Position numbers and translations under genes: made by a program
The notes under the pieces: model-generated
What the model saw: only the letters and a program-made list of their open reading frames with translations
Database searches by the model: none
Told to the model about the DNA's origin: nothing
Source of the DNA: an uncultured Candidatus Bathyarchaeia archaeon
Lineage (GTDB): Archaea; Thermoproteota; Bathyarchaeia; Bathyarchaeales; DTEX01
Assembly: GCA_964411115.1 (NCBI GenBank)
Contig: CAYPJR010000001.1
Span: 1 to 57,149, forward strand
Reading direction: 5' to 3'
Length of the DNA: 57,149 bases
Part shown: one piece after another, positions 30,451 to 39,326 of the stretch
Numbering within the stretch: position 1 is the first letter of the stretch
How the letters are laid out: every line of letters begins with the position of its first letter

Positions 30451-31194
30451 TCAGTGGGGGGTGCGGCTAATTTCCCCCTCTATTCTAACTGCTTTTTCAA
30501 GCTCTCCAAGACTTTTTATGCCCACAGAAACAGCATGCACATATGGGATCTTAAATACATATCTTAAAGCCTCCTCAGCTCTGTCCGCAAGCCTACCCCT
30601 AGCCAAAGCCTTCATAAGGTAGACTCCCTTTCCAGCATCATAAAGTCTTTTAACAGCTGAGTGCATAAGCTGAAGGTTTCCTTCCCTAATGTTGAGTCCA
30701 ACAATGTTTAGAACCGTCAGCACCACATCTACATCTGGAGCGTCAGCTAAGGCTAAAGCCATCTCCGCCGAATGAGTTGAAACCCCAATGGCTCTTATGA
30801 TTCCCTTCCTCTTGGATTCTAAAAGGAAATTCAGCACTCTTTTTCTGGCATTAAAATCTTCAAGTGTATCAACAGCATGGAGCATAAAAATATCTAAATA
30901 GTCGGTTCCTATTTCACGCAGGGCATCCTCAAGATCCCTTCTAGCACCCTCCATATTCCCGCTGTAGGTCTTACTGGTAACTACAACTTTGCTTCTATCA
31001 ATCACTTTAAGGGCTTCCCTAATTGCCGGATAGGAACCATAACTTTCAGATGAATCCCAAAAATTAACTCCAAGACTGAAACCTCTAAGAAGGATATCGC
31101 GGCCTAAGGTTCCTCCATAAACATCAGCGTAATCGGTGCCTATGCAGAGCCTTGAAACTCTAAAGCCAGTATTACCTAAGGATACCACATGCAT
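30451..31194 (-). CDS. aldo/keto reductase
   Basis: LGNTGFRVSRLCIGT N-terminus and AKR barrel pattern (DSSESYG, GVSTHS). Confidence 0.85.
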   Translation of the reverse strand: MHVVSLGNTGFRVSRLCIGTDYADVYGGTLGRDILLRGFSLGVNFWDSSESYGSYPAIREALKVIDRSKVVVTSKTYSGNMEGARRDLEDALREIGTDYLDIFMLHAVDTLEDFNARKRVLNFLLESKRKGIIRAIGVSTHSAEMALALADAPDVDVVLTVLNIVGLNIREGNLQLMHSAVKRLYDAGKGVYLMKALARGRLADRAEEALRYVFKIPYVHAVSVGIKSLGELEKAVRIEGEISRTPH

Positions 31195-31302
31195 CTTCGA
31201 ACCCTATTCATGTAAGCATACACGCATAGTTATATGCTTTTGGGGCAATCCATGGTTAACGCGGAAACTTTCTCTCTAAACTGGAGAAACTTTAGGGTCG
31301 GC

Positions 31303-33540
31303 TCATTTCTTGATAGAAACTAGTATAATCATGTCTCTTTCCAATCCGGCGGGAAAATCATCCATGTAGTATTGAATCAGGAAATCCTGTTTAACTGTGC
31401 CAGCTTCAGAGGAGATCCAGTAATTGCCAGTTATATTAATCTTCATAACGATTTCATCAACCAACGTGATTTCTTCCCTGCTATATTCTATTTTAGCGCA
31501 GAAGTATGTATTTCCATCCTCCGCAATGATGCTTTCAAAATCCTTCACATGGTTTTTTTCAATTATTTCGCCGAAATATTCAGCCCCCTCAAATGTTAAA
31601 GTGAAATTGCTTCTGTGACTCCAACTTTTACCTATGGTTAATGGATATGGGGGTTCAGGTATCGGCTTCTCATATATGCATTCCCTTCCCTCTGAAACCC
31701 ACCTCTCTAGGGCTCCATCCTCAGTAAGATAGTAATGAATCTTCTGATCCGCTCTTTCAACGATTATTTCTCTTTCGCTGATCTTAAGCCACCTAAATTT
31801 GAATTCGTTTCCATCAATACGCTCCCTAAAAATCTTCTCAGTCCCAACAGGCAAATCTGGCCTAGTAATTTCCCCCTCCAAAAATTCCTCCTCTTCAGGA
31901 ATCTTAATGCTTACGTTTGCTATGAGAGAAGCCATGTTAACTAGGAGTTTGTAGTTGTCCTCAACATAGCAGTAGGGCTCCATCATAAATGTTAAGTCTC
32001 CAACGGCTATTACGGTTCCATTTCCCCTCTCAACAGCGGCTATTACAGCGTATTCATCCGCTCTTTCCGCAACTGAAGAATATGTTTCGTTCGATGCCCA
32101 CGCGATGCCTTTACCAGCCGAATATATGCCGGCTGCGGTGAAGAAAACTAATGAATTTAAATTCCGGGTTAATGCATGATTGCCAAATTTTCTAACATAA
32201 ATATTTCTATACATCCCAAAATATTCATCTTCATTGTAGAGGTAGCCCTTAGCGAAGGACAGCCCAAATCTAACGGATAACGAATTTACCGGAGCAATTA
32301 TCTCCGACCTAAGCCCCTCCATCCCTATATATTCCCACGCTGGATCAAAGAAGAGCAGCAGTAGGCCACCCTTCCTCACAAATTTTTCAATTTCATCCGC
32401 CTCTTCTGTTGAGTATGGGATCGTTGGGGAAGCCACGATAAGCGCTGATGCATTCTCCAGCCTAGAATGTAAATCGCTCCATGAATATGTGAAACTCACG
32501 CTCGCGTTCATCTTCGCCAACTCAAATATTAATTTATCTAGCACCCACCAGGATACTTGATTTCTATGGGAAGTGTCAACTATAACGTTCCCTCTTATGG
32601 CGGATAATGTAGCATTAAACTCTACTGGAGAAGCGGAGCTGGAGGATAAGAATAGGGCTTCCGGAGGCAGATAAATATAATGTATTGCCGGCGGCGGATG
32701 AAGAGCATTTAACATATCCATAGTTAATATGCCAGCATTCGTCGAAGTGTAGTTCCCAAATTCTGACTGAAACAGTGATTCTTGCATAGCCCTCGGCTTA
32801 ACTTCAACAACATCGTATCTTGACAGATTGGCTATTTGGGCAGCTTTCTCTATAGCGCTTTGCAGCGAACCTAACTCATCAATCAAGCCGAGATTTAGGG
32901 CTTCAACCCCAAGATAAATTAGCGCTCTCCTAAGATGATTCTGGGGGATCTTCAGTTTATCACCTCGATTCTTCTCAATAGCCGAGAGGAAATTATCTAG
33001 CGCCCGGCTTAAATTGAATGGGAAAAGGATCTGCGAGAAACCAGTCCACTTATATGCGCCGGTCTCTATGGAAATCTCTGAAGGTATTAATATGGGGGGC
33101 ATGGAGGCTTTTACGCCTACATTTCCCACCATAGATGTTGGATGGGCAAAGATGTAGTTAGCGGCGACAGCAATATAGTAGCCCCCTGAAAGGGCTGAAA
33201 CAACCGAGGCCACTAGAGGCTTACTTTTTTTAAGCGCCAGAAGATCAAAGTAAATCTGCTCAACGTAGTCCGCGTAGCCTCCGCCGGAATCAATAACCAT
33301 AACAACAGCCTTGATGCTATTATTAGAAATTGCTTGACTTATAACATCAAGGTGACGCTTCACAACGCTGGGTTCCTCTATATAACCCTCAATCCTTATA
33401 ACGCCTACAAAGTCCCTTCTAGAAGGGACTGGGCTAATTCTAAGATAGATTGCGTAGCCAACCAGCAAAATAAGAACGATGGCAAGTAATGCTGCGGCTA
33501 TAACTCTTCTCTCATCGGCAGATTTAAGCAACTTAAGCAT
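31303..33540 (-). CDS. sppA: membrane-anchored signal peptide peptidase SppA (S49) fused to a large C-terminal extension
   Basis: N-terminal TM, VIDSGGGYA, LSGGYYIA (Ser nucleophile) and GAYKW (Lys) motifs. These are followed by ~450 extra aa: a DUF4350/GldG-like segment and a beta-rich tail. Confidence 0.75.
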   Translation of the reverse strand: MLKLLKSADERRVIAAALLAIVLILLVGYAIYLRISPVPSRRDFVGVIRIEGYIEEPSVVKRHLDVISQAISNNSIKAVVMVIDSGGGYADYVEQIYFDLLALKKSKPLVASVVSALSGGYYIAVAANYIFAHPTSMVGNVGVKASMPPILIPSEISIETGAYKWTGFSQILFPFNLSRALDNFLSAIEKNRGDKLKIPQNHLRRALIYLGVEALNLGLIDELGSLQSAIEKAAQIANLSRYDVVEVKPRAMQESLFQSEFGNYTSTNAGILTMDMLNALHPPPAIHYIYLPPEALFLSSSSASPVEFNATLSAIRGNVIVDTSHRNQVSWWVLDKLIFELAKMNASVSFTYSWSDLHSRLENASALIVASPTIPYSTEEADEIEKFVRKGGLLLLFFDPAWEYIGMEGLRSEIIAPVNSLSVRFGLSFAKGYLYNEDEYFGMYRNIYVRKFGNHALTRNLNSLVFFTAAGIYSAGKGIAWASNETYSSVAERADEYAVIAAVERGNGTVIAVGDLTFMMEPYCYVEDNYKLLVNMASLIANVSIKIPEEEEFLEGEITRPDLPVGTEKIFRERIDGNEFKFRWLKISEREIIVERADQKIHYYLTEDGALERWVSEGRECIYEKPIPEPPYPLTIGKSWSHRSNFTLTFEGAEYFGEIIEKNHVKDFESIIAEDGNTYFCAKIEYSREEITLVDEIVMKINITGNYWISSEAGTVKQDFLIQYYMDDFPAGLERDMIILVSIKK

Positions 33541-33643
33541 ATCCCACCTTCAATCCTGATGATAAGGGTTAGAAAACCCTTTTGAATCACCAAAATAATT
33601 GAAAGCATGCTACAATATTTAAACCTTATTCGCTAAGTAAGGT

Positions 33644-33733
33644 TTAGCTGAGCTGGCAACTGCATGCTTCGGAAACCTTCGTGAATTCTTCCCCCCTTTC
33701 TATTTTTGACATGTTTTTAAGTTTTCCCCGCAT
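33644..33733 (-). CDS. possible 29-aa peptide MRGKLKNMSKIERGEEFTKVSEACSCQLS
   Basis: ATG preceded by GGAGGT (AAAAGGCGGAGGTAAAGATG). Same strand, between the NTase pair and the SppA fusion. Confidence 0.25.
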   Translation of the reverse strand: MRGKLKNMSKIERGEEFTKVSEACSCQLS

Positions 33734-33773
33734 CTTTACCTCCGCCTTTTAATTACTGTTATGCCGCATTAAG

Positions 33774-34853
33774 TTAGGGCTCTATAACCTTAAGGGTTTG
33801 CTCATAATATCTTCCCGGCTCATAAGTTAAGGTTATTTGATGAAAAACTTTATTCTCCGCACTGACCTTCTCCAGGTTTCCCTCGACATAGATTATTTCA
33901 TCCCTCCAAGCCTGCATCCTAAACTCCTCAACAAATGAGATTACCCTCCTAATCTCATCAGCCCTCAGGCCCTCCAGAATATCCAAAATTTCAATTGGAT
34001 ATATAGACGGCATAAAGGCGTTTTCTTCATCATTTAAAACTCTCGCTTTAGCCTTAATCCGCCCCTCGCCAGCTATTCTATAGTCTTCCCCATATTCATC
34101 ATATATTTCATTCCATTCCCTAACAGGCTCAAATTCAACCTTAATTCGCCTATTTGCATAACTGCTGTCGAAAACGGCGTATATCATCTTTCTGCGCTGA
34201 TGCCACAGAAATTCTTTGGCTGAATAATTTTTAAAACGCCACCTTTTTCCTCTGATAGCATCATCATTTATAAACTCGTTTCTAAGCTTAGATTCCGGGT
34301 CGCTATAGATTTCCTCTAAAACGCTCCGCAAAACCCTCAAGTTATTCTTTCCATAAATTATTAAATCTATGTCTGAGAAAAGTGGATGATAGAAATCATG
34401 AAGCATGGAGCCAAATACGCCGAAATTATCCGCTGAAAGCTCTGAAACCGAAAGAATTGAATTAAGGATATCTTTAAGTGAAAGAATTAACTCATCTCCA
34501 GGTTCTTTTAGAAGCAACTCACGCAGCTTATTTTCCGGCTTTCTAACCTCCGCTATTAAATCGTTTTTAACTCCAATAAGCCGCTTTTGAAGCGGCCCAT
34601 AAAAAACCGTATATTTCGGAAATCTTTCAAGGATGAATTTTATTCCCTCATCAGCATAAAACTTGTAAAATGCTTTAAAACCCCTGGATCTAAATGCCCT
34701 CGGATTATCTGAAACATAAACGCTGCCTGGAGCGTATTCTACATCGCATATATAGCCTTCAGGGGGGTGCGAGTAGCCGTAAACGCGAAAGATTATCCCC
34801 TCGCTGGAGATTATTGCATCCCTATCCCTTAATCTTAGGCTAGGCTTAACCAT
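33774..34853 (-). CDS. Pol-beta-superfamily nucleotidyltransferase, three-domain, unassigned family (paralog 1)
   Basis: FGVFGSMLHDFYHPLFSDIDLIIYG (G-S...D-x-D) motif. Clear paralogy to the adjacent gene. Confidence 0.7.
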   Translation of the reverse strand: MVKPSLRLRDRDAIISSEGIIFRVYGYSHPPEGYICDVEYAPGSVYVSDNPRAFRSRGFKAFYKFYADEGIKFILERFPKYTVFYGPLQKRLIGVKNDLIAEVRKPENKLRELLLKEPGDELILSLKDILNSILSVSELSADNFGVFGSMLHDFYHPLFSDIDLIIYGKNNLRVLRSVLEEIYSDPESKLRNEFINDDAIRGKRWRFKNYSAKEFLWHQRRKMIYAVFDSSYANRRIKVEFEPVREWNEIYDEYGEDYRIAGEGRIKAKARVLNDEENAFMPSIYPIEILDILEGLRADEIRRVISFVEEFRMQAWRDEIIYVEGNLEKVSAENKVFHQITLTYEPGRYYEQTLKVIEP

Positions 34854-34858
34854 CCTTT

Positions 34859-35888
34859 TTACGGTTCAACAGGCCATATATATTCATTCTCTAAAAATCC
34901 GGTTCCAACAACAACTTGATAGTGGCTTTTTCCAGTTTCAATATTCTTAACGCGTTCAAGCATCCCGGAAACCTCGATTTTCCGTAATTTTTTCGCTATA
35001 TTTCTATACGCGCCAATCATGGAAACTACATATGTTGGCTTCTCTTCAACATCGGATTCGCTGTTCAGGGGGTTATAATCACCTATCCTATATATCGCAG
35101 GCCTAAACATTGCTTCAGAATCATCAAGGATTCTACATTGAAATCTTATCGGCTTTAATATTTCATAAATATTCTCCCCATACCTCACATTTACCTCCTC
35201 AAATTTTCTAACGGCATTATAGACGAAGATTTTCCCCTTGAAGATCCCCCTATGCCTCCTAATCTCATCAAGCTTATTAGCGAAAATATACTTTAACACT
35301 CCGTTGGCGACAAGATTTTCAATAGCCCTCTCAACTCTCCTGAAGTTTTCAGCGCCATAAACAACTATGTCGATATCTGAAAGATTCGAATGCATGCCTA
35401 GCGCTATTGAGCCATGAATCCCGAAAAAGTTAAAGTCAACATTGGCTTCGGACGAAAGCATTAAAATGAGCTCTAAGGCAAGATTCTCCAGATTGTCTCT
35501 TCTTGATTGCGATGCGATTCTTTTTAGACAGTCTCCCGGAGTAAAAATCTCCTTCGCATGGCTTAATGGAACGCTTATAACTTCCTTCATTCTATATGGG
35601 CAGAAATACACGTAATGGCTAAAATTCCTCTTTAGGGCTTCAACTAGAAGCCTATAATTTTTCGCCGTATAAAGCTCCTCAGCCCTATGGAGTGTTATAT
35701 CTCTGAAATTCCATGTTCTATTAAGGTATCTTAATGGGAATAGGCTTGCATGCTCCGACGGTATGTACTTTAGGAAGGCAAAAGCTCTCTCAGGCGGATG
35801 TTCATATCCAAACGTGTAAAATACAAAGCCGTCCTTTGTGAATATTATGTCTCCATCCCTAAGATTACAAGAATCCGTCTATCATCAT
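34859..35888 (-). CDS. Pol-beta-superfamily nucleotidyltransferase paralog 2, with apparent 1-nt frameshift near the 5' end
   Basis: [24 protein letters not shown] motif. The open frame continues upstream of the track start (GTG 35611) to 35878 and is homologous to the paralog 1 N-terminus. The only ATG (35888/35885) is in another frame. Confidence 0.6.
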
Positions 35889-35918
35889 CTCCCAACGACA
35901 AATGGGGAATCAATCCTT

Positions 35919-37760
35919 TTACTCTAGCAACCCAAGTCTTTTAAGCGTTTCATCTTTAGGAACCCCATTTTCATCCCATCCTCTAGCCGCATAATACTCG
36001 TTTAGCATTACATTAAGATCTTCTGAGCTGATGAAGTGCCCCAATGTTCCCCCCTCGCTTAGTCCCTCATGCATTATGCGGTAGGGTAAAGTATCATTTT
36101 TCCGCGTGATGCCGCATTTAACATTGAACATTCTCTTGATGTTATATATTCTCTCCCCAGCTTGAAGTATTTGCTCCAAAGTTGTGGAGATTCCCGTAGC
36201 AAGCGTGTATAGTCCAGGTATATGACCCGGCGGTATACCGAGGAACTTGCATATTATCAGCGACTCAAGAACTTCATGCCAATTCTGCACAATTGCCAAA
36301 ACTTTTCCCTTGCCTTTTATTTCAAATCTGTCAAGCCGCTCATATATCTTCAGATCCGTTATTCTCTCCCCCTGCTCCACGCGGAGTATTAAACCCTGTA
36401 AGTGGCATGCCCCTCTATTCGATACAGCATATTGGAGCCCCATACCCTTGAATGCCCTGGGATCATGCATTGGCATTTCAAGCCCCTTAACATGCATAGC
36501 GAACCTTTCACTTTCCATGCCGATTTTTTCCGACGCCCTCTTAACGCCTTCGGCTAGGATATCACCCAGCCCCTTTCTTTCACCTATGGCTTCAATCAGC
36601 CTAAGTATTGCCTCAGCATTGCCCCACTTCAAGTTTAGCCCCATCGCATCTTGCTCATTAATTATCCCTTTCTCATAGCATTCCATCGCGAAGGCGATGC
36701 ATACGCCTGCTGAAATAGTATCTAAACCATAATGGTTACATAGTAAGTTCGCCCTAACTATGACGTCTAATCTGTCGTTTAACAGAAGTGAGCCGAGAGC
36801 GGTTAATGTTTCATATTCAGGTCCCCTCTTGAGTTCCAGCCCAGCATATGGTTCCTCATCAACCCTCACGTATCTCCAGCATGCTATTGGACAGTTCCAG
36901 CATGCCCTTTTACCCTTAACCATCTTAGCATTATATGTTTCACCGGATATTCTGTCAATTTCATCCCACTTTCCTAGGGCAAAATTCTTTATTGGAGCAT
37001 CTCCATATTCATAGAAGGACAAAAGTTCCCCGCTTGTGCCATACGAAGCGTGTATTTGAGTTGTTGGGAAAGACATTATTTGGGGATATATTCGCCTTAA
37101 TATATTGCGAATTCTCTCAGGATCCTTCATCGGGATTTCCTTAGTTCCCCTAACAACCACGGCCTTCAGCATCTTTGAACCCATAACCGCGCCCATTCCG
37201 CATCTTCCAGCGGCTCTCCCCTCATCGTTTATGATCGCCGCAAACCTAACCAGCCTTTCGCCAGCCGGCCCTATGCATGCAACCTTAAATTCCCCACCAA
37301 GATGCTCCTTAATCAATTCCTCAGTTTCAAGGCATCCCCTGCCCCAAAGATTGCCAGCATTTTCCAAACTGACATACTCATCATTAATTAAAAGGTAAAC
37401 AGGTTTCTCCGATCTTCCCTCAATCACTATGCCGTCATACCCCGCCCTTTTAAGCTCCCTAGCCCAGAAACCACCTGAATGGGCTTCGCCCCAAGCATTA
37501 GTTAGGGGAGATTTAGCACAGACAACATATCGTCCGGTGCATGGAACTAGGGTTCCCGTGAGCGGGCCAGTCATGAAAATAAGCCTATTCTCAGGGTCGA
37601 AAGGTGAAAATTCCGGTTTAACCTCATCATAAATTATTTTAGCTGCTAACCCAACTCCTCCAATAAATTTCTTTAATGTCTCCTCATCAACCTCGTCAAT
37701 CCATATTTTCTCAGATGATAAGTCTACTCTTAATATCTTACCCATGTAACCATGCAACAT
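35919..37760 (-). CDS. aor: tungsten-type aldehyde:ferredoxin oxidoreductase
   Basis: MGKILRVDLS N-terminus and the CWNCPIAC Fe-S ligand motif. 613 aa. Confidence 0.9.
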   Translation of the reverse strand: MLHGYMGKILRVDLSSEKIWIDEVDEETLKKFIGGVGLAAKIIYDEVKPEFSPFDPENRLIFMTGPLTGTLVPCTGRYVVCAKSPLTNAWGEAHSGGFWARELKRAGYDGIVIEGRSEKPVYLLINDEYVSLENAGNLWGRGCLETEELIKEHLGGEFKVACIGPAGERLVRFAAIINDEGRAAGRCGMGAVMGSKMLKAVVVRGTKEIPMKDPERIRNILRRIYPQIMSFPTTQIHASYGTSGELLSFYEYGDAPIKNFALGKWDEIDRISGETYNAKMVKGKRACWNCPIACWRYVRVDEEPYAGLELKRGPEYETLTALGSLLLNDRLDVIVRANLLCNHYGLDTISAGVCIAFAMECYEKGIINEQDAMGLNLKWGNAEAILRLIEAIGERKGLGDILAEGVKRASEKIGMESERFAMHVKGLEMPMHDPRAFKGMGLQYAVSNRGACHLQGLILRVEQGERITDLKIYERLDRFEIKGKGKVLAIVQNWHEVLESLIICKFLGIPPGHIPGLYTLATGISTTLEQILQAGERIYNIKRMFNVKCGITRKNDTLPYRIMHEGLSEGGTLGHFISSEDLNVMLNEYYAARGWDENGVPKDETLKRLGLLE

Positions 37761-37775
37761 GAATCACCTGAAACG

Positions 37776-38429
37776 TTAAACTTTGTAAAGTCTCTTTATT
37801 AGCTCCATATCTTCCTCAGGAATCAGAGGCAGATCCTTCTTAAATAAATATGCAACAAGCTGCACCGTAGCAACCTCCTCCAAAGTTTCAACAATAGCCT
37901 CTGCTTCTAGAAGATTGCTTCCAACCCCTATAACACCGTGATTCATAAGTATCAGGGCTCTAGCACCCTCTATGTGTTTGCTAACAAGGTCTGCCAGGGC
38001 GTCTGTACCCGGGAAAGCCCACGGCACCACCTGAACCCTTCTCAAAACAACAGCCGCTTCAACCGTTACTGGCTGTATCGGGATCCCAGCTAAAGCTAAG
38101 CCGGTTGCGATCGGATTATGGCTGTGGATAACCGCGTTCACATCAGCCCTTTTCCTGTAAATTGCAGCGTGAAACGGTGTCTCCACAGATGGCCTTAAAA
38201 AGCCTTCAGTAACTCTACCGTTTAAATCCGCCTTTATTAAGTCATTTGGCATTAATTCGCCCTTAAAAACGCCGCTTGGCGTTATCCAAAACTCGCTTGC
38301 GCCCGGTAGGCGGGCGCTAACATTTCCGCCTAAAGCAGATATTAACCCTCGATCGAATAGTCTCCTTATAGTTTTACAAATTTCTCCCTTTAACTCCTCC
38401 TCAAAATCTCCTGCTGAAAACTCTCCCAA
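37776..38429 (-). CDS. class II aldolase/adducin-family protein (fuculose-phosphate aldolase-like)
   Basis: GGNVSAR and HSHNP motifs. TTG start. Confidence 0.8.
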   Translation of the reverse strand: MGEFSAGDFEEELKGEICKTIRRLFDRGLISALGGNVSARLPGASEFWITPSGVFKGELMPNDLIKADLNGRVTEGFLRPSVETPFHAAIYRKRADVNAVIHSHNPIATGLALAGIPIQPVTVEAAVVLRRVQVVPWAFPGTDALADLVSKHIEGARALILMNHGVIGVGSNLLEAEAIVETLEEVATVQLVAYLFKKDLPLIPEEDMELIKRLYKV

Positions 38430-38585
38430 ATGTAATCACCTGATATTATATGTTCTAAGGTTCAGTCCTCAATAATATTTACGGCTAAAATAAACTTTTT
38501 TATGAACCCGCTAATTTCACGCGTTTAGAACAAATATGCAATTTCAGGATAAAGGATTTATCTCTCGACGAGAATTATTTCGCAG

Positions 38586-38644
38586 CCCCGATGATTTGCG
38601 ATGGACGGACTGAGCATGTGATGAACCATTGCAGATATGAGGGG
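38586..38644 (+). ncRNA. candidate C/D-box sRNA (imperfect terminal boxes)
   Basis: CCCC-GAUGA-15nt-CUGA-GCAU-GUGAUGA-12nt-AUGA-GGGG. The internal D'/C' boxes are perfect, the ends are complementary, and an oligo-T tract lies 20 nt downstream. Confidence 0.3.
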
Positions 38645-38664
38645 TGAACCATTGAGGCGTGAGC

Positions 38665-38675
38665 TTTTTTCTTTT
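38665..38675 (+). terminator. oligo-T tract (TTTTTTCTTTT), archaeal-type terminator candidate
   Basis: T6-C-T4 directly downstream of the C/D-like element, in an intergenic region. Confidence 0.3.
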
Positions 38676-38737
38676 CAGGCAATACTAGATTGGAAAAGAA
38701 TATTTTGATATTGGACGCATAATATTATTGAGGTTTA

Positions 38738-39151
38738 ATGGTGAAGGAAGAATCTGAAATTGAGGCTTTAGAGAACATCTGCGAAGAGATTAAGGAAAGT
38801 GGAAAAGTAACAGGTGAAAATTTAACTCGCCTAGCAGCATTATTCGGTTCTCGTTTTCAGAAAGCCTGGGAGGCTGTTAGAGGAAACAGGGTTAAAAAGT
38901 ACATTTTTAAGCCTAGTGAAAGAGTGATTTGGATAGTTGTTGGTAGAGAAAGAGATTATCTCGTCATGCCAGACGCTGGATTCTGCTCATGTGACGATTT
39001 TTACTTCCATGTTATGAGCAGGAAAGCCCATTTATGTTACCATTTGATCGGACAGAAACTTGCCGAGTCATTAGGCTGGTATGATGAAATAGAAGAGAAC
39101 GATGACATGTATGACTTCCTAATGAATGAGTGGAAAAAGGCAATACCTTAA
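38738..39151 (+). CDS. small SWIM zinc-finger protein
   Basis: CSCDDFYFHVMSRKAHLCYH fits C-x-C-x(n)-C-x-H. GAGGT lies 3 nt before the ATG. Confidence 0.75.
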   Translation: MVKEESEIEALENICEEIKESGKVTGENLTRLAALFGSRFQKAWEAVRGNRVKKYIFKPSERVIWIVVGRERDYLVMPDAGFCSCDDFYFHVMSRKAHLCYHLIGQKLAESLGWYDEIEENDDMYDFLMNEWKKAIP

Positions 39152-39188
39152 ATATTTGTCCACGAAAAATTTTAGGGGTTGAACCTCT

Positions 39189-39314
39189 ATGAGCGCGGAA
39201 GCATACTTTAATACGCTTGGATCAGCCATATTAGCCCTTGTCTTCGTAGCCTTTATGCTTATCTTTCTATACCTGGTTTACTGCGAGGAGGAGAAAGCGG
39301 CATCTAAATCTTAA
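39189..39314 (+). CDS. possible 41-aa single-TM miniprotein
   Basis: MSAEAYFNTLGSAILALVFVAFMLIFLYLVYCEEEKAASKS. AGGGGT lies 9 nt upstream. No homology assessed. Confidence 0.25.
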   Translation: MSAEAYFNTLGSAILALVFVAFMLIFLYLVYCEEEKAASKS

Positions 39315-39326
39315 GCGTTGTCACCA

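Noticed and set aside
33774-35888. Interpretation of the tandem NTases as a CBASS-like (CD-NTase plus effector) defence operon.
   Set aside because: Only the generic G-S...DxD motif is shared, and no recognisable effector, Cap2/Cap3 or nuclease is adjacent. The flanking genes are metabolic. It is kept as an open-function finding rather than a defence call.
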